A DNA stretch of 64,000 nucleotides from an uncultured Gammaproteobacteria bacterium (GCA_964639785.1 CAZXEE010000001.1:51832-115831), one strand, 5' to 3'; positions 53,666 through 62,929 are shown, numbered from the stretch's first letter. Numbers and translations: made by a program. The notes: a model not told the origin generated them from the sequence alone.

Positions 53666-53908
53666 TCTTTATTTTTCAGAAATCGATTTCGGAAAAGTGG
53701 GTCCCTATTCTTCAGGAATGGGGCCACTCCCTCGGGCAGAAGCTAGATTTATGCCTGAAGTAGTGGAAATCTTTTCCAGTTTCCCAGGTTTGTTATGGTT
53801 TCATTAGAAAAAAATTTAGACACCGCTTATCGTTCCTAATCCGGATTCCTAAACAGGGATTTGGAGTTTTGATTTGTCATCAATCATTTAATAATTTTCT
53901 ATATATTT

Positions 53909-54610
53909 ATGAAGAAGAAGATTAATAAGGTTATTTTTCCTTTAGTTTCATTGATAGTTTTCTTGTTCCTATTTCTTATTATCAATAAGGCTCTAGCAGC
54001 CGGTGATTACGGCTTGAGCCAGACTATAACCGCCGGAAATCTTTCCGCGCCTTTCAATGTCCAGAGTGTTACTAGCCAAGGGGCAGGACAATTTTTGTCA
54101 TCTAAGTTCGGTGCTATCGTCGGTTCTATCATTTCTTTTGTCGGAGTTTTCTTATTAATTCTAGTAATATTTGCCGGTTTCTTATGGATGACTGCCGCTG
54201 GTAATGAAAAGAAGACCGAACAAGCTAAAAATATTTTGATTTCAGCTGTTATCGGTTTGGTAATCATTTTATCAGCCTATGCCATTACCGCCTTCATCGG
54301 TCGCCAATTAACTGATACAGGCGCCTTACCAGCCCAGCCAGGAACCGATGCTGGCCAAGGGAACGTGACGGAAACAGTCCAGATTAATACTCAATCCGGG
54401 GGCTGCAGCTCAGCTACAGATGTTTGTGTTCCTGATAATCTTAAATGTGAAACAGGTCAATTCTGTAATGATGCATGTGCATGCGAGGCTATTACTAGCT
54501 GTGAGAATGATCCGATGGCTCAGTGCGTTAACTCTTTTGAATGCGAGGATGAATTTGGTCCTGGTATGGTATGCGATCCAAATGCTTGTGAGTGTGTTAG
54601 TAATTTTTAA
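53909..54610 (+). CDS. VirB2/TrbC-like pilin paralog 2 with 12-Cys C-terminal domain
   Basis: FAGFLWMTAAGNEKKTEQAKN core, then a Pro/Gly linker and CSSATDVCVPDNLKCETGQFCNDACACEAITSCENDPMAQCVNSFECEDEFGPGMVCDPNACECV. Confidence 0.7.
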   Translation: MKKKINKVIFPLVSLIVFLFLFLIINKALAAGDYGLSQTITAGNLSAPFNVQSVTSQGAGQFLSSKFGAIVGSIISFVGVFLLILVIFAGFLWMTAAGNEKKTEQAKNILISAVIGLVIILSAYAITAFIGRQLTDTGALPAQPGTDAGQGNVTETVQINTQSGGCSSATDVCVPDNLKCETGQFCNDACACEAITSCENDPMAQCVNSFECEDEFGPGMVCDPNACECVSNF

Positions 54611-54632
54611 TCAATAATAAAGCAAAAGGCAT

Positions 54633-55037
54633 ATGATTAAATATCAAAAGAATAAATTAATTGGAGCTTTGGCCATTATTGGAATACTTTTGTTTTCTCG
54701 AGCAGTTTCAGCTTACAGCTTCACCGCTAATACTGGTTTGGATACTACGGCTAAGACTACCGGACATTATAATCAGCGCTTATTCGGTGCCGGTACGACT
54801 TTAGAAGGAGCAATCGGATCTATCATAACTGTTGTCTTGTCTTTCTTGGGTGTAATATTTTTAATCTTAATGATCTTCGGAGGCATTATGTGGATGACTG
54901 CTCGCGGTAACGAAAAGGATGTCGATCGAGCCAAGAATATCATTATCGATTCGATTATCGGTCTGGTGATTATTGCGGCAGCTTATGCCATCACTTATTT
55001 TGTCACCAGCACTTTTGTCAATCAAACTTTGCAATAG
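54633..55037 (+). CDS. VirB2/TrbC-like pilin paralog 3
   Basis: FGGIMWMTARGNEKDVDRAKN core flanked by two TM helices. Confidence 0.7.
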   Translation: MIKYQKNKLIGALAIIGILLFSRAVSAYSFTANTGLDTTAKTTGHYNQRLFGAGTTLEGAIGSIITVVLSFLGVIFLILMIFGGIMWMTARGNEKDVDRAKNIIIDSIIGLVIIAAAYAITYFVTSTFVNQTLQ

Positions 55038-55045
55038 GTTATCTT

Positions 55046-55492
55046 ATGAAAAATATCTTTTTAAAATCATTTTCTTGGCTGGCTGCTATCCTGTTTTTGG
55101 TAATTCCATTCTGCTCGGTGAGTGCAGCTAATTTGAATAATGCTTTCCGGGTTGATACTTTAGATGTTTATTCTAATCAGGATCGTTTGGATTCTGCAGC
55201 TTATAATGCTCGTTATAATATTGCTGGAAATGCCGGTGCTTTGACCCCGGAACAGATTATCAGCACAGCTATATCCGCTTTATTGACTTTATTGGGTGTT
55301 ATTTTTGTCGGTTTGACTATTTATGGCGGCGTCTTGTGGATGATAGCCGGAGGCGATGAACAGAAAGTTACTAAAGCCAAGGGTATTATCGTTGACTCCC
55401 TCATCGGTTTGATAATTGTCGTAGCCGCTTATGCTATCAGTTATTTCGTTATCAGCGCCTTGCTGCCGGGAGGTAATATCGGTTCTGTTTAA
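55046..55492 (+). CDS. VirB2/TrbC-like pilin paralog 4
   Basis: YGGVLWMIAGGDEQKVTKAKG core flanked by two TM helices. Confidence 0.7.
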   Translation: MKNIFLKSFSWLAAILFLVIPFCSVSAANLNNAFRVDTLDVYSNQDRLDSAAYNARYNIAGNAGALTPEQIISTAISALLTLLGVIFVGLTIYGGVLWMIAGGDEQKVTKAKGIIVDSLIGLIIVVAAYAISYFVISALLPGGNIGSV

Positions 55493-55514
55493 ATTTCTAA
55501 AATAAAATAAAAAT

Positions 55515-55895
55515 ATGAAAAAGTTTATCCAACAAACCTCAATTTTGATCGCTTTAATCGCTTTATTGACCTTGCCCTATTTCGTGTTTGCTGCCAGTTC
55601 TTCGCCGCTGGATCGTTTACAGAATACCGGTTCCGGTTCGGCTGGCCCTTATGCCGCTGCCACCAAAACTACTTTAGCTGAAATTGTTGGTATGGTTATC
55701 AATGTCGCTTTGAGCTTGTTGGGTGTTATCTTCGTCATCTTGATAATCTTGGCTGGTTTCAAATGGATGATGGCCGGGGGCAATGAAGATGATGTCAGCA
55801 AGGCCAAGGATCGGATTAAGACAGCAATCATCGGGCTGGTTATCACTTTATCGGCTTATGCCATCTGGGCCTTCATTTCTAATTATTTGCTTTAA
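55515..55895 (+). CDS. VirB2/TrbC-like pilin paralog 5
   Basis: LAGFKWMMAGGNEDDVSKAKD core flanked by two TM helices. Confidence 0.7.
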   Translation: MKKFIQQTSILIALIALLTLPYFVFAASSSPLDRLQNTGSGSAGPYAAATKTTLAEIVGMVINVALSLLGVIFVILIILAGFKWMMAGGNEDDVSKAKDRIKTAIIGLVITLSAYAIWAFISNYLL

Positions 55896-55914
55896 TAATT
55901 AATGGAATAAACTT

Positions 55915-56352
55915 ATGAATATTATTAAGAAAATTGCACCATTATTCCTTTTAGCCATATTAGCTCTAGGACTTTTGGTTCCGGTGGCTAGCCAGGCCGG
56001 GTTATTATCTACTTCGAGCGGTATTACTGCTCAAACCGATGCTTTGACTTCTAAAGCCGGGTTTGACACCAGTACTCGTTTTGAAGATGTGATTGCTTTG
56101 GTTATCCGGGTAGTCTTAAGTTTATTGGGAATAGTCTTCTTGGTGCTTTTAGTCTTGGGAGGTTATCAGTGGATGACTGCCGGTGGTGATGAGAAGCAAG
56201 TGGAAGGAGCTATGGCTCGGATCAAGACAGCGGTTATCGGTTTAGTGATAATATTGTCAGCTTATGCTATTACAGCTTTTGTCTTTACCCGATTGCCTTA
56301 TAATGCAGCCACTCCTCAAACCAACTCCGGCCAAGGCACTATTCCAGAGTAA
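55915..56352 (+). CDS. VirB2/TrbC-like pilin paralog 6
   Basis: LGGYQWMTAGGDEKQVEGAMA core flanked by two TM helices. Confidence 0.7.
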   Translation: MNIIKKIAPLFLLAILALGLLVPVASQAGLLSTSSGITAQTDALTSKAGFDTSTRFEDVIALVIRVVLSLLGIVFLVLLVLGGYQWMTAGGDEKQVEGAMARIKTAVIGLVIILSAYAITAFVFTRLPYNAATPQTNSGQGTIPE

Positions 56353-56368
56353 TATAATATTTTTTGTA

Positions 56369-56410
56369 AAAAAAGAAGCACTCATTTTATTGAGTGCTTT
56401 TTTGTTTTTT
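56369..56410. terminator. Bidirectional terminator between the pilin array and the convergent secreted-protein gene
   Basis: aaaaaaa-gaagcactca-tttta-ttgagtgctt-ttttgttttttt. Confidence 0.7.
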
Positions 56411-56421
56411 TGGTTAGAACC

Positions 56422-57318
56422 TTACTTGTCGTAGATAATGACAGCATTGCCGCCATTAGCACTGATTGGAATGTTCTTGCTGACCGAACGGGTAACGCCA
56501 GAGTTGGAGCGGTATTCAGTGTAGGTCAGTGAATAGATTCCAGTTGAAATAGCATATTTGATGACGCTTTTTTCTCCCGGAGCTAATGTCAGGCCGCTAC
56601 CGTTAGCGTTGAATGGAGCGCTAGTGATTACCACTGTGCTCTGGGACGAATTGTAGGCATAAAGCATAACGATCGTCTGTCCAGGCTGGGTGCTGGTTAC
56701 GGTTCCGGATGTGTTAGTCTTGCCGATATTGTCTGCGTACTTGATAGAAGTATACAGGTTGGCGGCGCCGGAAGCGGAGGTGGTAGAAGCGACATAATTG
56801 CCATTGGAGTTGACCATGGCTTCAGTTACTGCCAGTCTTTGCTCGTTAAGCTTGTCAATCAAAGCGTCATATTTGGCGTTGATAGCTTCTTTTGAAGCTT
56901 TGTAATCAGCGTCATAAGCAGCTTTGGTGTTAGCATAATCGTTAGCAGGATCTTCGGTAGTGGTAACGGTTTTGGTCACTGTCGTGGTGTCGTCCTCAGC
57001 ATAAAGTTCAGCTAAGGTTTTCTTTCCTTTGGGATTTTCTACAGTAACGGTTTTGGTTTTCTTTGAAGACTTCGGAGTTTTAGGCATATTATCCTTGTAC
57101 TCGTCGGTCAATGTTTCCAGTTCAGCTGTCCTCTTAGCTTCCAGTTTAGCGATTTCAGCGTCGATGACGTTGATCTTTTCCTGGTATTTTTCAGTGGTTA
57201 AGTCTCCGGCATACACGCTGGTAGTCGGGATAAACGTTCCACCGGCATTTTGGGCCGATACAGAAACAGAAATGGCGAAGGTCAACACGATGACCAGTGA
57301 TATGGCTGTTGTTTTCAT
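56422..57318 (-). CDS. Hypothetical secreted Thr-rich protein
   Basis: Signal peptide MKTTAISLVIVLTFAISVSVSAQ, a coiled-coil-like middle with a TVTKTVTTT tract, and a beta-rich C-terminus. Confidence 0.6.
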   Translation of the reverse strand: MKTTAISLVIVLTFAISVSVSAQNAGGTFIPTTSVYAGDLTTEKYQEKINVIDAEIAKLEAKRTAELETLTDEYKDNMPKTPKSSKKTKTVTVENPKGKKTLAELYAEDDTTTVTKTVTTTEDPANDYANTKAAYDADYKASKEAINAKYDALIDKLNEQRLAVTEAMVNSNGNYVASTTSASGAANLYTSIKYADNIGKTNTSGTVTSTQPGQTIVMLYAYNSSQSTVVITSAPFNANGSGLTLAPGEKSVIKYAISTGIYSLTYTEYRSNSGVTRSVSKNIPISANGGNAVIIYDK

Positions 57319-57523
57319 GACTCGATTTTTTTAATTATTTTTTTATTTATTTCTCAGTTGAAAGTTCGAAGTTTCCGAGCTCTTAACTGAGAAATAAATT
57401 AGTCATGAAGCTGTCAAAGATCTTTGATTCTAACAGGTACATTATAACATTTTTATATAATTCTGTCAATAGTATTTGGAAAAATATCCCTATTTTGTGG
57501 CTTTTTGGGATTTTTTGGCCCTT

Positions 57524-57552
57524 TTGACAAAAGCCCTTAACTGCATTATCAT
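57524..57552 (+). promoter_or_regulatory. Sigma70-like promoter candidate for glyA (near-leaderless)
   Basis: TTGACA, 17-nt spacer, TATCAT. The -10 element ends only 8 nt before the ATG at 57561. Confidence 0.4.
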
Positions 57553-57560
57553 ATCTATAT

Positions 57561-58805
57561 ATGCCTCAATATGATTTCCTGAAAAAACAGGATCCGGAAG
57601 CCTGTAAGATTATTGCTGCGGAAGCTTCCCGCCAAGATGAAGAGTTAGAATTGATCGCCTCTGAGAACTATGTTTCTCCAGCGGTGCTTGAGGCTATGTC
57701 GACAGTCTTGGCTAATAAATATAGCGAAGGTTATAGTGGCAAACGTTATTATGGTGGCAATGAAGTAATAGATAAGATGGAAGACTTGGCTGTCAGTCGG
57801 GCTAAGGAATTATTTTCAGCACCTCATGTCAATGTCCAACCGCTTTCCGGTTCGCCGGCTAATGCGGCTGTCTATATGGCTTTCTTGGAACCGGGAGATA
57901 AAGTTCTGGGATTAAGATTGGATCATGGCGGACATTTGTCTCATGGCCATAGCGTTAATTTTTCTGGCCGCTTATATAATTTTATCCAATATGGATTGGA
58001 TCCAAAAACCGGTCGGATCGATATGGATGAAGTTTATCGTTTGGCTAAAGCGGAAAAGCCGAAAATGATTGTGGCCGGTTTCAGTGCTTATAGCCGTGAG
58101 ATTGATTGGAAGAGATTCAAGGAAATTGCCGATGAGATTGGAGCTTACACCTTTGCTGACATCGCTCATATCGCTGGCTTGATTGCCGCTGGAGAATTGG
58201 CTAACCCAGTGCCTTTTTTTGATGTGGTTTCAACCACCACTCACAAGACTTTGCGCGGTCCGAGAGGAGCCATTATCATGTGTCAGGAGCAATATGCCAA
58301 GCAAGTTGACCGAGCGGTCTTCCCAGGTATGCAAGGCGGTCCGCATGACCATATCACAGCTGCCAAAGCGGTAGCTTTCGGCGAAGCTTTACAACCGGAA
58401 TTCAAGGTCTATGCCAAGAAGGTTATTGCTAATGCCCAAGCCATGGCAGCCAGTTTCTTGGCTTTGGATTATCGGATAGTTTCTGGCGGTACTGACAATC
58501 ATCTGTTAGTTTTGAATTTGAGTAATAAAGGGCTGAGCGGCAAGGAAGCGGAGAAGGCTTTGGAACAAGCCGGGATCTCGGTTTCCCGTTCTACTGTCCC
58601 GGATGATCCTAATCCGCCGATGAATCCTTCCGGAGTCCGGATCGGTACCCCAGCTGTCACCACCAGAGGAATGGGTGAAGCGGAGATGCAGAAAATCGTC
58701 AACTTGATCGATTCGGCTTTAGCCCACAAGGATGATGCGGCTTATTTAAATAATCTAAAGACTGAAGTTCGGAATTTGTGTTTGCAATTCCCGACCCCCA
58801 GATAA
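57561..58805 (+). CDS. glyA: Serine hydroxymethyltransferase
   Basis: ELIASENY.S..V, YSEGY.GKRYYGG and TTTHKTLRGPRG (PLP Lys). Confidence 0.95.
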   Translation: MPQYDFLKKQDPEACKIIAAEASRQDEELELIASENYVSPAVLEAMSTVLANKYSEGYSGKRYYGGNEVIDKMEDLAVSRAKELFSAPHVNVQPLSGSPANAAVYMAFLEPGDKVLGLRLDHGGHLSHGHSVNFSGRLYNFIQYGLDPKTGRIDMDEVYRLAKAEKPKMIVAGFSAYSREIDWKRFKEIADEIGAYTFADIAHIAGLIAAGELANPVPFFDVVSTTTHKTLRGPRGAIIMCQEQYAKQVDRAVFPGMQGGPHDHITAAKAVAFGEALQPEFKVYAKKVIANAQAMAASFLALDYRIVSGGTDNHLLVLNLSNKGLSGKEAEKALEQAGISVSRSTVPDDPNPPMNPSGVRIGTPAVTTRGMGEAEMQKIVNLIDSALAHKDDAAYLNNLKTEVRNLCLQFPTPR

Positions 58806-58809
58806 TATT

Positions 58810-59676
58810 ATGGAATTAATTGATGGCAAAAAGATTGCGGAGAAGATCAAGGATGAAGTTGCCGCAGAAATACATGGATTCAAAGGGCCAAGACCTAACT
58901 TGGCTATTATTTTGGCTAATGACCGGGAGGACTCTAAGCTTTATGTTTCATTGAAGGAAAAAGAAGCCAAGAAGGTCGGAATCGACACCCATTTATATCG
59001 CTTAGATGAAACTGTTTCTGAGGCGGAAATCTTGGAAGTGATCAATTTCTTGAATGCCGATGAAACGATCGATGGCATCCTGATCCAATTGCCTCTGCCG
59101 GACAAATTCGATACTGACAAATTGATCAGCGCTATCGACCCGAAGAAAGATGTCGACGGCTTCCATAAGGATCATCCGGATTATATCGTGTCCCCGGTCT
59201 TTGCTTCTGTTTTACGGATAATGGAAGAGATTAAATATCCTTTAGCCGGGAAGAAAGCTTGCATCTTGTTCAATTCGGATATATTTGGCCAATCCCTCAA
59301 GAGTATTTTGGAGGCTGAAGGCGCTAGTGTCAATTTATGTGCTGTCGGCGATTTTGATAAGTTAGAGGAAGCCGAAAGCGAATTGAAATATAATGAAATC
59401 AAGGCCGCTAGCCAAGAGGCTGATGTCCTGATTACCGCTTTGGGATTGCCGCATTTTATCAAGAAAGATGTCCTGAAGAAGGATGTAGTGGTTATCGATA
59501 TCGGGATTACGAAAGTAGCCGGAAAAGTTTTGGGCGATGTTGATTTTGATGATGTCCAAGAGATTGTTTCATATATTACTCCGGTACCGGGCGGTGTCGG
59601 ACCGATGACTATAGCGATGCTTTTCAAGAATGTCTTGGAAATATTCAAGCGGACTAAGATTAATAAGGAGAAGTAA
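58810..59676 (+). CDS. folD: Bifunctional methylenetetrahydrofolate dehydrogenase/cyclohydrolase
   Basis: LIDGK.IA and D.ILIQLPLP...D.......I.P.KDVDGFH, with C-terminal PVPGGVGPMT. Confidence 0.93.
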   Translation: MELIDGKKIAEKIKDEVAAEIHGFKGPRPNLAIILANDREDSKLYVSLKEKEAKKVGIDTHLYRLDETVSEAEILEVINFLNADETIDGILIQLPLPDKFDTDKLISAIDPKKDVDGFHKDHPDYIVSPVFASVLRIMEEIKYPLAGKKACILFNSDIFGQSLKSILEAEGASVNLCAVGDFDKLEEAESELKYNEIKAASQEADVLITALGLPHFIKKDVLKKDVVVIDIGITKVAGKVLGDVDFDDVQEIVSYITPVPGGVGPMTIAMLFKNVLEIFKRTKINKEK

Positions 59677-59730
59677 TAAAAAAGGGAAGCGTTGGCTTCT
59701 CTTGTTTGGCTCAGTTGAGCTTTTTTGTTT

Positions 59731-60015
59731 TTATTTAGCTTTTTTCCGGTCGAAGATTTCTCGCAGTTCGGAGAGATCAGCCGGTTCGATCTTTTTACGA
59801 TCAACCTGGATTGAAACGTTGAAACAGAATAACCCGTTCTTATAAACGGTACGATGTTCAATGTTGCTTACGGAAATTCCGTTGTAGTTCGTTTGGTTTG
59901 TTGCGGATTTTCTTGCTGATAATTGTTCCAGTTTAGCCAATTTTTGGGCTGTCAGGAATCCACTTAATTGAATCGGTTTGTTTAACTTCGTGCCGTTGTT
60001 TTCTCTTTTAATCAT
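59731..60015 (-). CDS. Hypothetical small basic protein
   Basis: 94-aa ORF in the gap between folD and recQ. No motifs. Confidence 0.4.
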   Translation of the reverse strand: MIKRENNGTKLNKPIQLSGFLTAQKLAKLEQLSARKSATNQTNYNGISVSNIEHRTVYKNGLFCFNVSIQVDRKKIEPADLSELREIFDRKKAK

Positions 60016-60084
60016 CTTAATATAAATTTTGGTTGAACATGGTGAATAAGGTTAACTTAATTTTCAATCATTGTCAAGTCATAT

Positions 60085-61836
60085 ATGGGAAAGAAAGAAG
60101 AAGCAGCTCAATTGCTTAAAATACATTTCGGTTATGATACTTTTCGTCCCGGACAGGAAGAGGCTATCGATAGCCTCTTGGCCGGGAAGGATACGGTAGT
60201 CGTCATGCCAACCGGTGGTGGAAAGTCGTTGATTTTCCAGTTGCCGGCTTTAGTATTGGACGGGGTGACTATTGTCATCTCTCCTTTAATTTCCTTAATG
60301 AAGGATCAGGTCGATTCTTTATTACAGGCTGGGATTCCGGCGACCTTCATCAATTCCTCTATCTCTCAAGGTGAAGTGGATGAACGTTTGGCCCAGATCA
60401 AGTCTGGTCAATTCAAGATAGTCTATATAGCTCCGGAGCGGTTTTATAATCAGGCGTTTGTGGAAAGCTTGAATGACTTCAAGGTTTCTTTGTTTGCTAT
60501 TGATGAGGCTCATTGTATCAGCCAATGGGGACATGATTTCCGTCCTAGCTATCTCAGGTTGCGCCAGTCTATCAAGCTGGTGGGCAATCCGCCGGTAGTC
60601 GCTTTGACGGCAACTGCCACCCCGGAAGTTCGAGATGATATTATCAAGCAGCTCAATCTGGATAATCCCACTATGATCATTACCGGCTTTGCTCGGCCTA
60701 ATTTGCAATTCGGCGTAGCTTCTTTGAATGATCGGGCCAAGACTGACACGATTGTTGATTTTATCAGGAACGCTCCGGACCAGTCCGGGATAGTCTATGT
60801 CGGAACTCGGAGCAAGGCGGATGAGTTAGTTGATATGCTGACCGGATATGATGTCCGGGCAGTTACTTATCATGCCGGGATGGATCCGGAGAGTCGTGAG
60901 TGGGTTCAGAATAGCTTTATGAACGGCGAAGCTCAAGTGGTGGTGGCTACTAATGCTTTCGGTTTGGGTATCAATAAGAAGGACATCCGCTATGTTATTC
61001 ATCATGATATGCCGGGAACGATTGAGGCTTACTACCAAGAAGCTGGTCGGGCTGGCAGAGATGGAAAGGACAGTTTTTGCCTACTTCTTTATTCACCGCG
61101 AGACCGTTACCTGCGCGAGTTCTTTATCAAAGGTGATAATCCGGGAGCCCATATCATTTTGGAGATATATGATTTCCTGCGTCATCGGGCCAGTGACAAC
61201 CCGGGAGAATCAATCTTGATCACTTATGCAGAATTAGGCCAGAAATTATCTGAGCCAGTACCGGAAATGGCCATCGGAACTTCGCTCAAGATTTTGGAAC
61301 GGGAAGGCCTCATTTCCCGTCCTAATGAAAAGACTACCAATGCTTTTTTGCAAGCTAAGGCGGATTTGGATCAGATGCTCCAATCGTTAGGGAAAAGAGC
61401 TAAGACCCAGATTGAAGTATTTTCCAAATTGATTGATCGATTCAGTTCTGAGTTGCAACAAGGTTGGGAAATAAGTTTAGAGGAGATATCTTCTGTCTTG
61501 GAAGTAAAGCGGGAAGCCTTGATCAGGACGATCAAGAAGTTGGAAGAGCAGGGACTATTGGAATATCGTCCGCCGTTTAAAGGAACGGAGATCAAGGTTT
61601 TGAAGTCTGTCCATCCGGCCGATCTGGACTTAGATTTTTCTGCCTTGAAGGATAAGGAGCGCCGTGCGTATGAAAAGTTAGACGAGATGGAGTCGTATGT
61701 CTATTCTGAAAATTGCCGCCAGCAGTATATCTTAGATTACTTTGGCGATCATGGTTCCCAGAAATGCGGCCGCTGCGATGTCTGCCTGAAGAAGGGGCCG
61801 ACCGTCAAGACTACTAGTTATTTAGGCGAATATTAA
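60085..61836 (+). CDS. recQ: ATP-dependent DNA helicase RecQ
   Basis: [33 protein letters not shown], a C-terminal Zn motif ([15 protein letters not shown]) and a winged-helix region. Confidence 0.93.
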   Translation: MGKKEEAAQLLKIHFGYDTFRPGQEEAIDSLLAGKDTVVVMPTGGGKSLIFQLPALVLDGVTIVISPLISLMKDQVDSLLQAGIPATFINSSISQGEVDERLAQIKSGQFKIVYIAPERFYNQAFVESLNDFKVSLFAIDEAHCISQWGHDFRPSYLRLRQSIKLVGNPPVVALTATATPEVRDDIIKQLNLDNPTMIITGFARPNLQFGVASLNDRAKTDTIVDFIRNAPDQSGIVYVGTRSKADELVDMLTGYDVRAVTYHAGMDPESREWVQNSFMNGEAQVVVATNAFGLGINKKDIRYVIHHDMPGTIEAYYQEAGRAGRDGKDSFCLLLYSPRDRYLREFFIKGDNPGAHIILEIYDFLRHRASDNPGESILITYAELGQKLSEPVPEMAIGTSLKILEREGLISRPNEKTTNAFLQAKADLDQMLQSLGKRAKTQIEVFSKLIDRFSSELQQGWEISLEEISSVLEVKREALIRTIKKLEEQGLLEYRPPFKGTEIKVLKSVHPADLDLDFSALKDKERRAYEKLDEMESYVYSENCRQQYILDYFGDHGSQKCGRCDVCLKKGPTVKTTSYLGEY

Positions 61837-61840
61837 TCAT

Positions 61841-62539
61841 ATGAACAAGAAAACCCAAGATAGGATATTGAATATCGTCAAAGTCAATTATTCGGATATT
61901 GCGGTGGAATTCAATGCTTCCCGAAAAAAATATATCTGGCCGAGCTTGAATGATTTTTCACGCCGGGTCAAGGTTGGCTCCCGGGTTTTGGATGTCGGTT
62001 GCGGCAATGGCCGTTTGATTGAAGTCTTGGAAGACAAGAAGGTCGATTATTTAGGAGTTGATAGTAGCCGGAGCCTGGTTAAATTGGCTCAGGCTAATTA
62101 TCCTGATTATCGATTTTTAGTAGAAGATGTTTTGACTTTAGACCGCTTGCCGGAAAATGGTTTCGATTATGTCTTCAGCGTTGCCGTCCTGCATCATCTG
62201 CCGGGAAAGAAATTGCAAGTCGAGGCTTTGAGTCAGATGGCTAACAAGTTATCTCCTGAGGGCGAATTGATTGTCAGCGTCTGGAATCTATGGTCTCAAG
62301 CCAAGTATCTGAAATTGATTTTCTCGAGCTATTTCAAGCATCTGTTCTCCAAGGACAGACTAAATTTCGGCGATATTCTATTCTTCTGGAAGAATTCCAG
62401 CGGTACCAAAGTCAGTTTGCGTTATTATCATGCCTTTACTATTCCAGAACTAAAAAAAATCAGCCGGAAAGCTGATTTGAAAATAGAGAAGATCGTGAAA
62501 GACAAATTCAATTATTATCTATTTTTGAAGAAGGCTTAA
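61841..62539 (+). CDS. Class I SAM-dependent methyltransferase
   Basis: Motif I VLDVGCGNGRL, with VAVLHHL downstream. Confidence 0.8.
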   Translation: MNKKTQDRILNIVKVNYSDIAVEFNASRKKYIWPSLNDFSRRVKVGSRVLDVGCGNGRLIEVLEDKKVDYLGVDSSRSLVKLAQANYPDYRFLVEDVLTLDRLPENGFDYVFSVAVLHHLPGKKLQVEALSQMANKLSPEGELIVSVWNLWSQAKYLKLIFSSYFKHLFSKDRLNFGDILFFWKNSSGTKVSLRYYHAFTIPELKKISRKADLKIEKIVKDKFNYYLFLKKA

Positions 62540-62832
62540 GCTCGGAACGCCTTTAGTATTTCTCGGATATCTTCAATATCCTTTTCGGTTAAGCCAAGGC
62601 TTAGCCGTTTTTCGTATAGAGGATGGGTGTCTCTTTGGATCTTGTCTGAGGTGATGCTGATGCCCTCCCTGATATCTTTTTTGTAATCATTAATCAGGTC
62701 CAAGACTATTTCTTTATTCTTTTCATCTAGGTTAGAAAAACGGGAATTGCTCCGGACCATTTGGTCTAATTTGTTTTCAATCTGGTCGCTGGTCATATTC
62801 TTGATGTTTTTCATCAGGTCTTTGATGTCCAT
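62536..62832 (-). CDS. Hypothetical small helical protein
   Basis: 98-aa charged ORF. Its stop overlaps the convergent methyltransferase stop by 4 nt. Confidence 0.45.
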   Translation of the reverse strand: MDIKDLMKNIKNMTSDQIENKLDQMVRSNSRFSNLDEKNKEIVLDLINDYKKDIREGISITSDKIQRDTHPLYEKRLSLGLTEKDIEDIREILKAFRA

Positions 62833-62891
62833 ATTTTTGGGTTAATTTATTATTTATTAATAATAGCATTTTTCCAATGATTTTATAAGTA

Positions 62892-62921
62892 TTGACACCC
62901 CCAGGGGGTGTATAGTATAAT
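62892..62921 (+). promoter_or_regulatory. Promoter with embedded GC-rich palindromic operator (CsoR-type)
   Basis: TTGACA (62892-62897) and TATAAT (62916-62921) with an 18-nt spacer. The 17-nt perfect palindrome ACACCCCC-A-GGGGGTGT (62895-62911) lies between the -35 and -10 elements. The ATG follows at 62930. Confidence 0.6.
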
Positions 62922-62929
62922 AGTGTCAT

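Noticed and set aside
59181-59861. 226-aa minus-strand ORF overlapping folD
   Set aside because: It is antisense to the well-supported folD C-terminal half and has no motifs. It is also incompatible with the plus-strand terminator at about 59700-59730.
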